From the NCBI RefSeq assembly GCF_009914755.1, contig NC_060929.1: a DNA stretch of 64,000 nt; one strand, written 5' to 3'. Below are positions 38,852 to 51,919 of this stretch, in pieces. The position numbers were made by a program, and so were the translations under genes. The notes beneath the pieces were generated by a model. It saw only the letters and a list, made by a program, of their open reading frames with translations. It did not search any database and was not told the origin of the DNA. Within the stretch, counting starts at the first letter, position 1; each line of letters opens with the position of its first letter. The DNA is from the human T2T-CHM13v2.0 reference genome, Homo sapiens.

Positions 38852-39513
38852 TTTTTTTTTTTTGAGGAATTAATAGTCTTTATTGGGCTCAGGAGTCCCT
38901 GGGTCTTGAGGACCTCTGTGTATTTGTCAATTTTCTTCTTCACGTTCTTCTCGGCCTGTTTCTGTAGCCTCATGAGCTGTTTATTCTTCCGGTAGTGGAT
39001 CTCGGCTTTCTCTTTCCTCTTTTCCTCCAGGGTGGCTGTCACTGCCTGGTACTTCCAGCCAACCTCGTGAGGCGCCCCAGATAGGCAAACTTTCTTGTAG
39101 GCTTCAGACGCATGACCTTGAGGGCAGCAGGAACCACCATCTGCTTTTTCTTGTCCTAGGGCGGTGGGATGCCGTCAAACACCTTGAGGCGGTCCAGAGC
39201 AGCCTGGCCTCACTTGGTCTTGTGGGGCAGCATGCCTTGCACAGTACGCCAGAAGATGCGGCTGGGGACCTGGAAGTGGTAGGGGCGTCGAGAAGGGTTG
39301 GTGTTCATCCGCTTGTGGAGGAAAGCCAGGTACTTCAACTTGTTTCTGCAGAAACTGCCAGAAATGTTGATGCCTTCGCAGCTTACGACCACCGCCTTCC
39401 GGCCCAGCAGTACCTGTTTAGCCACGATGGCCGCCAGGCGGCCCAGGAGATGGCCTCAACCATCAAGCACCAGGACCTGCACCTCCGCCATCTTCGGCAG
39501 CCGCTTGGGAAAG
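38852..39513 (-). pseudogene. RPL13A: Processed pseudogene of ribosomal protein L13a (uL13)
   Basis: Intronless [20 protein letters not shown]...KYTEVLKT from the ATG at 39491, with 3 premature stops and a 4-bp frameshift. AATAAA at 38884-38879, poly-A at 38852-38863, TSD TCTTTTTGTAATTT at 38838-38851 and 39514-39527. Confidence 0.97.
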
Positions 39514-39545
39514 TCTTTTTGTAATTTCTTAAGGTGAAAGCTTGG

Positions 39546-39809
39546 TTATTTATTTATTTATTTATTTGTTTATTTTTGAGACGGAGTCTCGCTGTCACCC
39601 AAGCTGGAGTGCAGTGGCGCGATCTCGGCTCACTGAAGACTCCGCCCCCTGGGTTCACGCCGTTCAGCTTCCCGAGTAGCTGGGACTACAGGCCCCCGCC
39701 ACCTCGCCCGGCTAATTTTTTGTATTTTTCAGTAGAGACGGGCTTTCACCGTTTTAGCCGGAATGGTCTCGATCTGCTGACCTCCTGATCCACCCGTCTC
39801 GGCCTCCCA
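39546..39809 (-). mobile_element. CpG-rich AluY-type element, 5'-truncated, with a 9-bp internal deletion
   Basis: AluY-like diagnostics (GGGTTCACGCC, GGTCTCGATC) and a (TTTA)n tail. No TSD found. Confidence 0.9.
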
Positions 39810-41204
39810 TGATTTATTTTTTTTAACACGTGTTCACAGCATAGAATTTCTCTCTAAGCACTTGCATTAGCTGAGTCACATAAGCTGTAGTGTCGGTGTT
39901 TTTCTTTATGCCTCTCCAGTGAAATTTTCCTTGTGATTTCATCTGTGACCCATTGCTTATTTAGTAGTGTTGTTGAATTTTCACATTTTTGAATATCTTA
40001 AATTTCATTGTTATTGATTTCTAATTTAATTCTATTATGGCTAAAAAAATATGATTTTAAAATTTTAATTCCAGCAAATGTTCTGGGGTTTGTTTCGTGG
40101 TCCAGCATATGGTCTATTCTGGAGAATGCGCATTTGAAAAGAATGCGTTGCTTAGGGGAGTGTTTTATAGATGTCTGTTAGGTCTGGTTAGCTTGTAGTT
40201 ATTAAAGTTTTCTATTTCCTTGTTGAACTTCTGCTAGATATTCTATGCTTTGAAAGTAGTATCTTGAAGTCTCCATCTGTTTTATTGTTGAACTGTCTGT
40301 TTCTCCCTCTAATTTTGTCAGTTTTGCTTCATTTATTTTGGGACACTGTTTTTAGGTGCTTATAAATTTATAATTGTTATGTGTTTCTTATCAACTGACT
40401 CTTTGACATTATAAAATGTCCCTCCTGTTCTCTAGTAACAAATTTTGTTTTAAAATCTATTTTGTCTGATATTGGCATAGCCACACCAGTTCTCTTTTAG
40501 TTACTGTTTGCATGGTACATATATTTTTTACATCAATTCACTTCAATCTATTTGTATATTTAAATATAAAGTGTGTTTCTGTAGGTATTCCATATAGGTA
40601 GGCCATTTATCTACTCTTCTAATCTCTACCTTTTGATTGGGGTGTTTAACCTATTTAATTACTGATAAAGTAGGATTTATGCTGGTCATTTTGTTATTTG
40701 CATTCTATGTGTCTTAGTTTTGTTTCTCTACCCTTTTATTTCTTCCTTCCTTTGTTTTAAATAGATGTTTTCTAGTGTACCATTTTCTTTTCCTTGCTGA
40801 GTCTTTATGTCATTTTAGTTATTTCCTTAATGTTTGCCTAGACAGTTACAAATTAACACCTTTACTTAAAACAGTCTAGTTTAGATCGCTATCAAATTAA
40901 TTTGGATAGTATAAAAAAACTTTGCTCCAAAATAGATTCACTCTCTCCAATCCTTTTTGCTATTACTGTTATACGAATTGCATCTTTATGAATTATAAGC
41001 TTATCAACATAGCTTTATGATTATTGCTTTATTCAGTTATCTTTTAACTCATATAGGAGGAGAGAGTTAAAAACAAAAATACATTCATATTATCTTTATA
41101 TTTACTTATGTAGTTACCTTTACTTAATCTTTTTATTTTTTTAATGTGGATTTGAATTTCCATCTGGTATCCTGTCATTGTTACCTGAATGACTCCCTTT
41201 ATTA

Positions 41205-41514
<310 letters not shown>

Positions 41515-42399
41515 TGAATGTTGGTGACAGTTCTCTCAGATCTGGTTTGTCTAGGGACATCTTAATTTCCCTGTCAGTTTTAAGGGATATGGGATTGTTG
41601 GCTGACCTTTTTTTTCTTTCAGCCCTTTGACTATGTCATCTTACTTACTTCTCATCTCCGTGGTTCCTGATGAGAATTCAGTTGTTAAACTTATTTTAGA
41701 TCCCTAGTAGGTGACAATTAATTTTCCTCTAGTTGCTCTAAATATTCTCTTATCTTTGGTTTTTTGATAGTTTGACTATTATCATGGCCATTTTTGAGTT
41801 TATCCTACTAGAGTTTGCTGAACTTCCTGGACATTTTGATTAATGTTTCTCATCAAATTTGTTTTATAATCTAACATATGACCATAAAATATTTGGCCAT
41901 TATTTCTTCAAATATTCCTTTTGCTCCTTTCTCTCTCTCTTTTTTTCTTTTGAACTCCCATTCTTAAAATGTGGTTATGGTAGATGATGTTTCACAGTTC
42001 TCTGAGGCTCTACTAATTTTTCTTCATGTCTTTTTCTGTTCCTCTGACTGAATAATCTCAATTGACGTATCTTCAGTTCATTGATTCTTCCTTCTGCCAA
42101 CTCAAATCTAATGTTAAGTCCCTTGAATGATTTTTTTATTTTAGTTGTTGTATTATTCAACTCTAGAATTTATCTTTGGTTCTTTTTAATAATTACTATC
42201 TCTTTATTGATATTCTCTGTTTGGTGATACATTGTTTACAGTTCTTTTTTTTTCAATTCCTTAGATATGGCTTCCTTTAGATTTTATGCATTTTTATAAT
42301 AGCTGATTTAAAAGCTTTGTCTAATAAGTCTAACATCTATGCTTTGTTATGGATAGTTTCTATTGATGGCTTTTTCTCTATTTATAGGCATACTTTCCT

Positions 42400-42624
42400 C
42401 TTTCTTCCTTCCTTTCCTTCCTTCCTTTCCTTCCTTCCTTCCTTCCTTCCTTTCCTTCCTTCCTTCCTTCTTTCTTTTTTTGACAGGGTCTCACTTTGCC
42501 ACCCAGGCCAGAGTGTAGTGGCATGATCATGGCTCTCTGCAGCCTTCAACTCCTGAGTTCAAACAATCCTGCTGCTTCAGCCTGTCACGTAGCTGAGACT
42601 ACAGAACTGTACTACCACACCCAA
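42400..42624 (-). mobile_element. Alu monomer (FLAM/AluJ-type) with a (CCTT)n tail
   Basis: Single arm; ACTTTCCT flanks both sides as a candidate TSD. Confidence 0.8.
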
Positions 42625-45600
42625 ACTTTCCTGTTTCTTTGTGTGTCCTGTAATTTTTGTTGGAAAATAAATATTTTAAATAATATACTTTGATATCTTT
42701 GGAAACTAAATCACCATACACGATTATTGTTGCTGTCATTGGTCGTTTGCTGGATCATTGTTGCTGTTTCTTATCGTTGTTGTTCTTATTTTTTTGTTGA
42801 ATGTCCTTCTTGGACTTACTCTCTATTCTCTATCATAAGCCACCGAAGTCATTGATAAGTTAGCTTAATGATCAGCTAATGATTACACAGTTATTTCCTT
42901 AATTGCCTTTATCCAATAAGTTTCCAGTCTGCTGAGGGGCTATCTGTGCCTTGGCAGTTTACAACTCTGCCTTAGTCTTCATTTCCTTTTTGTTCAGGAT
43001 CTCAGGTTCAGCCAGGGGTGAACCTGTGTTTTTCCTCGATATGTATCAATCCCTGTACATAAACATGGCCTTCTAGATTCCCAGAAATATGTTGGAGGTC
43101 TTCCAAGACCCTTATGGACATTTAATTACCCAGATACTCTTTTTAAGTTTTTTTTGGTCTGCCTCTTCTTTTCTTCAACTGGTATCACTACTTAAGGCAG
43201 TTGCACTGCTAGCAATTGTGGCTAATTATTTTTGACAAAGATTCTATGAATAGGGATTTTCCTACTGAAGGAGTTTTGAGTCAAGTCAAATAATGAAAAG
43301 CCCTGCGAATGGAGATTTTCCAGAGAGCTGGCAGACAGAGAAACTAGAAGCAATTTTCAAAGGATAGTGCTTTTTAAGGAGATCCAAATCTAGTCTGCTT
43401 CCTCAAGTTGCTGCTAGGCTGATGGTTTTCACAGTTGCCATGGTTATAATGCTGCTGATTTTCATGACTCTTGTAGAATTGGGAAGTAAGGAATGGAAAT
43501 AGGGGAAGCTAAAACACCACAGAAGCTTGCTGTCCTTACCAAAATTTAGGCATTTACCTTGAGTAAACACTCCTTAAATTCTTACAAGCCTTTAGTTCAT
43601 TTCCAGGGTTCTGACAAAGTTGATTTTGACAATTTTGTCAATGTTTTAATTACTTTTATGGAGAAGTGAATTTTTGGATCTCCTTACTCTATCATTCTAA
43701 AAGCCTGCCTCCTAAACAGTCCCTTAATAGTGTCTGTTCTTCCCTACTTGGAGCAGGTATGTTATTTTTTAATAACATCTCTGAGCTCTAATTTCCTCAT
43801 CTGTAAAATGAAAATTGTCATATATGCCTCATGGAGTTGTTATAAATATTAAATGAGAAATTACTGAGCACTGTGCCTGGACTATAGTAGGCTGTTTGGA
43901 AAGGTTGTTTCTTCACTTCCTCTTTTATACTTCTGATGTATTTTATACCATTTAAATATTTTCAAAATCTAACTTAGAAATCAGCCATGATTATTCATAT
44001 TTGTTAAAGTCTACTACTCTACTTAGCTTTCAGTTTCTTCCATAATAGACCCCCTGTCTTCCCTACAGATTTTCAGTCATGCTTAGCTTTAGCCAAGCTG
44101 TTTCATTCACTTTTCCTTGAATTGCAAGTGATACGGAGTTTTGTTTCTAAGCATTTATTATTTCCTGAATTTGCCTTCCCTTTATTTCTGCTCTCTCATT
44201 GGTACTATGCAAACTATTTTTTATCCTCTAGCCCAAACCAGGGGATAATCAATGAATCAAGGCATTTCTTACTTCGGTGAAATACAGAAACATTTGGCTC
44301 CTGCTAGCAGAGTTATTTCTGGGTTTCTCCACCTATTAACTAAACAACCTTCAAACTTCTCTGTCCTCAGTCTACACACCTTTCAGGACTTCAGCTGTCA
44401 TCTCCTTGTTAAACTGTACATTCATGCTAGTTTGAAGCTCTACTTCTGCATGTAGTTACAGTCCATTTATTTATCTTTTATCTTTTGGTCTTTTTCATTG
44501 CTTTATGACCAATGCTTTAGCAGGGATTGTATAGCAGCATATCAGTACAATATTACCTTGAGTTGAATTACAAACATCAGAAGAAAACATGAATTTAAAA
44601 GATTCGAGTATAAAAGTAAGCAATATTTCAGAGAGGGATTAATAAAAAGAGTTTTTATGCAGTTTATTCCTGCAAATTTTGCAAAAAGCTTCTAAAATAA
44701 AAGTGAAATATTTTTAAAACAGTGCGAGTCAGAAAACTTTAACTCTGAAAAGTATCTATTAAATACTGCTATAAAAGATTAGGAAGTTGGTGCACATATA
44801 TTTTCCCACTTCCTATGAACTACCTTTCTACTATTTTTGTTAGTCATATTAATTTTTTTAATATGTTTAAGGCTTATAGCGTATAAACCTATTATGTATA
44901 TAAGCACAAATATTTTCTTAACCTGACCTTTAAAACTGAGCAGTAAATAATTACATCCTTTTGAGATGATAAACATATTTTGTAGCATTTGTTTTATGGA
45001 TGCATAGTATATTTCAATATATGGCTGTACCCTAGTTCATGTAACTCATGTCCCATTATGAGGCATGTATGATATTTTCCATTTTTTCCTGTGTAAGCAA
45101 TATCTGATGATCATCCTTATAACTAAGTTTTTGTTCACATAATATTTTCATTTTTTCTTTCCTTGGTTTACAAAGAAAAAAAAAGACAAGCTTAAAAAAA
45201 TTTAAGTTTGGATAATCATTGGCTATCATGTTGACCAAGCACAAAGGAATTTCAATTAATGTATACTGAACCTACTGTAGTTCACCCATAAAATTAAAAT
45301 GTAATGTCTTTTTCCCCAGGGTTTTGAAAGTTGCATTTAGATAACATCTGAAAAAGACATGCTATCAAACAGTGCAGTATATTACTAATTTCATTGTTGA
45401 GGCAGTTTTATGAAACCACTGCCACCACAGCACAGCTTTTATGGTTTATTACGTTTTGTCATAAATGACTACTTACAAAAACTGAAAACACTATGAAAAT
45501 GTCAGAAGAGTCCTAGGTTCTCACATCCCTGGCTTTATAGACTGTAGCAGATCTTAAGGTTTCAAAGGATGCTATCATTAGGAATTCTTAACACATATCC

Positions 45601-47002
45601 TTTTGGAACAATTAATGATAATAACGTTTTCAAAAATTTATTTATTGACTATTGTATGCTAAATTATAAATATAAAAATTTAATATGCAAGATTATTGAT
45701 ACAGCAATTGCAGTATTATCCCAGTGATTGTAATGATGGTATTTTGTGTACTTAAGAATAAAATCATCGGAGTTCAGGCAAGATGGCCAAATAGGAACAC
45801 CTCTGGTCTGCAGCTCCTAGTGAGACCAATGCGGAAGGCAGATGATTTCAACATTCCCAATTGAGGTACCCAGTTCATCTTATTGGGACTGGTTAGACAG
45901 TGGGTACAGCCCAGAGAGGGTGAGGAGAAGCAGGTTGGTGTGTCACTTTACCTGGGAAGTACAAGGGGTCAGGGAAATCCCTCCCCTAGCCAAGGGAAGC
46001 CATGAGGGACTGTGCCATGAGGGATGGTGCTATCCAGCCCAGATACTACACTTTTCCCACAGTCTTCACAACCTGCAGACCAGGAGATTCCCTTGGGTGC
46101 CTACACCACCAGGGCCCTGGGTTTCGAGCACAAAACTGGGTGGCCATTTGGGCAGACACCGAGCTAGCTGCAGGAGTTTTTCTTCATACCCCAGTGGCAC
46201 CTGGAACCCCAGCAAGACAGAACCATTCCTTCCTCTGGCAGTCTGAAGTTGACTTGGGACACTTGACCTTGGTCGGGGGAGGGGTATCCACCATTACTGA
46301 AACTTGAGTAAGCGGTTTTCCCCTCACAGTGTAAACAAAGCTGCTGGGAAGTTGGGATTGGGCAGAGCCCACCATAGTGCAGCAAAGCCACTGTAGCCAG
46401 ACTGCCTCTCTAGATTCCTCCACTCTGGGCAGGGCATCTCTGAAAGAAAGGCAGCAGCCCTAGTCAGGGGCTTATAGATAAAACTCCCATTTCCCTGGGA
46501 CAGAGCACCTGGGGGAAGGGGTGGCTCTGGGCACAGCTTCAGCAGACTTAAATGTTCCTGCCTGCTGGCTCAGAAGAGAGCAGCAGATCTCCCAGCAGTG
46601 TGTTCAAGCTCTGCTAAGGGTCAGACTGCCCCCTCAAGTGGGTCTCTGACCCCCGTTCATCCTGATGGGGAGACACCTCCCAGCAGGGGTCAGCAGACAC
46701 CTCATACAGGAGAGCTCCACCTGGCATCTGGCAGGTGCCCCTCTGGGATGAAGCTTCCAGAGGAAGGAGCAGGCAGCCATCTTGGCTATTCTGCAGCCTC
46801 CACTGGTGATACCCAAGCAAACAGAGTCTGGAGTGGACCTCCAGCAAACTCCTGCAGACCTGCAGAAGAGGGGCCTGACTGTTAGAAGGAAAACTAACAA
46901 ACAGAAAGCAACGGCATCAACATCAACAAAAAGGATGACCATGCAAAAACCTTATCTGAAGGTCACCAACATCAAAGACCAAAGGTAGGTAAATCCACAA
47001 AG

Positions 47003-48014
47003 ATGAGGAAAAATCAGCACAAAAAGGCTGAAAAATTCCAAAAACCAGAATGCCTCTTCCCCTCCAAAGGATCACAACTCCTTGCCAGCAAGGGAACAAA
47101 CCTGGACAGAGAATGAGTTTGATGAATTGACAGAAGGAGGATAGTAACAAACTCTTCCAAGCTAAAGGAGCATGTTCTAACCCAGTGCAAGGAAGCTAAG
47201 AACCTGAATAAAAGGTTACAGGAACTGCTAACTAGAATAACCAGTTTAGAGAAGAACATAAATGACCTGATGGAGCTGAAAGCCACAGCACGAGAACTTT
47301 GTGAAGCAGATACAAGTATGAATAACAGAATCATCAAGTGGAAGAAAGAATATCAGAGATTGAAGATGAACTTAATGAAATAAAGTGTGAAGACAAGATT
47401 AGAGAAAAAAGAATAAAAAGGAATGAACAAAGCCTCCAAGAAATATGGGACTATGTGAAAAGGCCAAACCTACACTTGATTGGTGTACCTGAAAGTGACG
47501 GGGAGAATGGAGACAAGTTGGGAGACACACTTCAGGATATTATCCAGGAGACCTTCCCCAACCTAGCAAGGCAGGTCAACATTCAAATTCAGGAAATACA
47601 GAGAAGACCACAAAGGTACTCCTCGAGAAGTGCAGCCCCAAGACACATAATCGTCAGATTCACCAAAGGAGATATGAAGAAAAAAATGTTAAGGGCAGCC
47701 ACAGAGAAAGGTCGGGTTACCCACAAAGGGAAGCCCATCAGACAAAGAGCAGATGTCTCTGCAGAACCCCTACAAGCAAGAAGAGACTGGGGGCCAATTT
47801 CAACATTCCTAAAGAAAAGAATTTTCAAACCAGAATTTCATATCCAGCCAAACTAAGTTGCATAAGTGAAGGAGAAATAAAATCCTTTACAGACAAGCAA
47901 ATGCTTAGGGATTTTGTCACAACCAGGCCTGCCTTACAAGAGCTCCTGAAGGAAGCAGTAAATATGGACAGGTAAAACTGGTACCAGCCACTGCAAACAC
48001 ATACCAAAATGTAA
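47003..48014 (+). pseudogene. L1 ORF1p, disrupted
   Basis: ATG at 47003; EERISEIED...LQEIWDYVKRPNL...PRHIIVRFTK; frameshifts. Confidence 0.9.
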
Positions 48015-48077
48015 AGACCATAGACACTATGAAAAAACTACATCAACTAATGGGCAAAATAACCAGCTAGCATCATA

Positions 48078-51000
48078 ATGACAGGATCAAATTCACACAT
48101 AACAATATTAACTTTAAATGTAAATGGGCAAAATGCCCCAATTAAAAGACACAGGCTGGCAAATCGAATAAAGAGTCAAGACCCATTGGTGTGCTGTATT
48201 CAGGAGACCCATCTCATGTGCAAAGACACAAATAGGCTCAAAATAAAGGGATGGAGGAAGACTTACAAAACAAATGGAAAGCAAAAAAAAAAAAAAAAAA
48301 ACCATAAAAAAAAAACAGGGGTTGTAATCCTAGTCTCTGATAAAACAGACTTTAAACCAACAAAGATCAAAAAAGACAAAGAAGGGCATTACATAATGGT
48401 AAAGGGATCAATTCAACCAGAAGGGCCAACTATCCTAAATATATATGCACCCAATACAGGAAGACCCAGATTCATAAAGCAACTTCTTAGTGACCTAGAA
48501 AGAGACTTAGACTCTTACACAATAATGGTGAGAGAATTTAACACCCCATTGTCAATATTAGACAAATCAATGAGACAGAAAATTAACAAGGATATTTAGG
48601 ACTTGAACTCAGACCTGGGCCAAGTGGACCTAATAGACATCTATAGAACTCTCCACCCCAAATCAACAGAATATACATTCTTCTCAGCACCACATTGCAG
48701 TTATTCTAAAATTGACCACATAATTGGAAGTAAAACACTCCTCAGCAAATGCAAAAGAATGGAAATCATAACAAACAGTCTCACAGACCACAGTGCAATC
48801 AAATTAGAACTCAGGATTAAGAAAATCACTCAAAACTGCACAATTACATGGAAACTGAACAACCTGCTCCTGAATGACTACTGGGTAAATAACGAAATTA
48901 AGGCAGAAATAAAGAAGTTATTTGAAACCAATGAGAACAAAGACACAATGTACCAGAATCTTTGGGACACAGCTAAGACAGTATTTGGAGGGAAGTTTAT
49001 AGCATTAATGGCCACATGAGAAAGTGGGGAAGTTCTAAAACCAACATCCTAACATCAATATTAAAAGAACTAAAGAAGCAAAAGCAAACAAGTTCAAAAG
49101 CTAGCATAAGACAAGAAATAACTACGATTAGAGCAGAACTAAAGGAGATAGAGACATGAAAAACCCTTCAAAAAATCAATGAATCCAGGAAGTGATTTTT
49201 CAAAAAGATTAACAAAATAGTAGACCCTAGCCCAACTAATAAAGAAGAAACGAGAGAAGAATCAAAAAAGACACAACAAAAATGATAAAGGGATATCACC
49301 AGTGATCCCACAGAAATACAAACTACCCTTAGAGAATACTGTAAACAACTCTGTGCAAATAAACTAGAAAATATAGAAGAAATAGATAAATTGCTGAACA
49401 CATACATCCTCCAAGACTAAACCAGGAAGAAGTCAAATCTGTGACTAGACCAATAACAAGTTCTGAAATTGAGGCAGTAATTAATAGCTTACCAATCAAA
49501 AAAAAAAAAAAGCCCAAGATTAGATGGATTCAAAGTTGAATTCCACCAGAGGTACAAAGACGAGCTGGTACCATTCCTTCTAAAACTCTTCCAAACAATA
49601 AAAAAGAGGCACTCCTCCCTAACTCATTTTATGAGGCCAGCATTATCCTGCTGCCAAAACCTGGCGGAGACACACACACACAAAAATTCAGGCAATATCC
49701 CTGATGAACATTGATGCAAAAATCCTCAATAAAATCTGGGCAAACTGAATCCAGCAGCACGTTAAAAAGCTTATCCACCATGATCAAGTCGGCTTCATCC
49801 CTGGGATATAAGGCTGGTTCAGCAAATCAATAAATGTAATCCATTACATAAACAGAACCAATGACAAAAACCACATGATTATCTCAATGGATGCAGAAAA
49901 GGCCTTCCATAAAATTCAATACCACTTCATGCTAAAAACACTCAAAAAACTCGGTATTGATAGAACATATCTCAAAATAATAAGAGCTATTTATATCAAG
50001 CCCACAGCCAATATCATACTGAATGGGCAAAAGCTGGAAGCATTCCCTTTGATAACTGGCACAAGACAAGGATGCCCTCTCTCACCACTCCTATTCAACA
50101 TAGTACTGGATATTCTGGCCAAGGTAATCATGCAAGAGAAGGAAATAAAGGGTATTCAAATAGGAAGAGAGGAAGTCAAATTATCTTGTTTGCAGATGAC
50201 ATGATTGTATATTTAGAAAACCCCTTCATCTCAGCCCCAAAACTCCTTAAGCTGATAAGCAACTTCAGCAAAGTCTCAGGATACAAAATCAATGTGCAAA
50301 AGTCACAAACATTTCTATACACGAATAACCAACAAACAGAGATCCAAATAATAAGTGAACTCCCCATTCACAATTGCTACAAAGACAATAAAATACCTAG
50401 GAATACAACTTACAAGGGATCTGAAGGACCTCTTCAAGGAGAACTACAAACCACAACTCAAGGAAATCAGAGAGGACACAAATAAATGGAAAAACATTCC
50501 ACGCTTATTGATAGGAAGAATCAATATCATGAAAATGGCCACACTGCCCAAAGTAATTTATAGGTTCCATGCTATTCCCATCAAGCTACCATTGACTTTC
50601 TTCACAGAATTGGAAAAAACTACTTTAAATTTCATATGAAACCAAAAAAGAGCCTGTACAGCCAAGACAATCCTAAGCAAAAAGTACAAAGCTGGAGGCA
50701 TCATGCTACCTGACTTCAAACTATACTACAAGGCTACAGTAACCAAAAAAGCATGGTACTGGTACCAAAACAGATATATAGACCAATACAACAGAACAGA
50801 AGCCTCAGAAATAACACTGCACATCTACAACCATCTGATCTGTGACAAACCTGACAAAAGCAAGCAATGGAGAAAAGATTTCCTATTTAATAAATGGTGT
50901 TGGAAAAACTTGCTAGCCATATGCAGAAAACTGAAATTGGACCCCTTCCTTACACCTTATACAAAAAGTAACTCAAGATGGATTAAAGATTTAAACCTAC

Positions 51001-51919
51001 GACCTAAAACCATAAAAACCCTAGAAGAAAACCTAGGCAATACCATTCAGGACATAGGCATGGGCAAAGACTTCATGACTAAAACACCAAAAGCAATTGC
51101 AACAAAAGCCAGAATTGACAAATGGGATCTAATTAAACTAAAGAGCTTCTGCACAGCAAAAGAAACTATCATCAGAGTAAACAGGCAACCTACACAATGG
51201 GAGAAAATGTTTGCAATCTATCCATCTGACAAAGGGCTAATATCCACAATCCACAAGCAACTTAAACAAATTTACAAGGAGAAAACAAACAACCCCATTA
51301 AAAAGTGGGCAAAGGATATGAAGAGACACGTCTCACAAGAAGACATTTATGTGGCCAACAAACACATGAAAAAAGCTCATTATCACTGGTCATTAGAGAA
51401 ACGCAAATCAAAACCACTATGAGATTCCATCTCACGCCAGTTAAAATGGTGATCATTAAAAAGTCAGGAAACAACAGATGCTGGAGAGGATGTGGAAAAA
51501 TAGGAACACTTTTACACTGTTGGTGGGAGTATAAATTCGTTCAACCATTGTGGAAGACAGTGTGGCAATTCCTCAAGGATCTAGAACCAGAAATACCATT
51601 TGACCCAGCAATCCCATTGCTGGGTATATACCCAAAGGATTATAAATCATTCTACTATGAAGACACATGCACACGTATGTTTATTGCAGCACTGTTCACA
51701 ATAGCAAAGACTTGGAACCAACCCAAATGCCCATCAATGATAGACTGGATAAAGAAAATGTGGCACATATACACCATGAAATACTATGCAGCAATAAAAA
51801 GGGATGAGTTCATGTCCTTTGTAGGGACAGGGATGAAGCTGGAAACCACCATTCTCAGCAAACTAACACAGGAACAGAAAACTAAACACCATGTGTTCTC
51901 ACTCATAAGTGGGAGTTGA
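48078..51919 (+). pseudogene. L1 ORF2p (endonuclease, RT, Cys-rich domain), disrupted
   Basis: MTGSNSHITILTLNVNG..., [14 protein letters not shown] at ~50190, ...HVFSLISGS*; many stops and frameshifts. Confidence 0.95.

Noticed and set aside
38852-39513. Functional RPL13A retrogene
   Set aside because: Stop at codon 12, two further stops and a frameshift.
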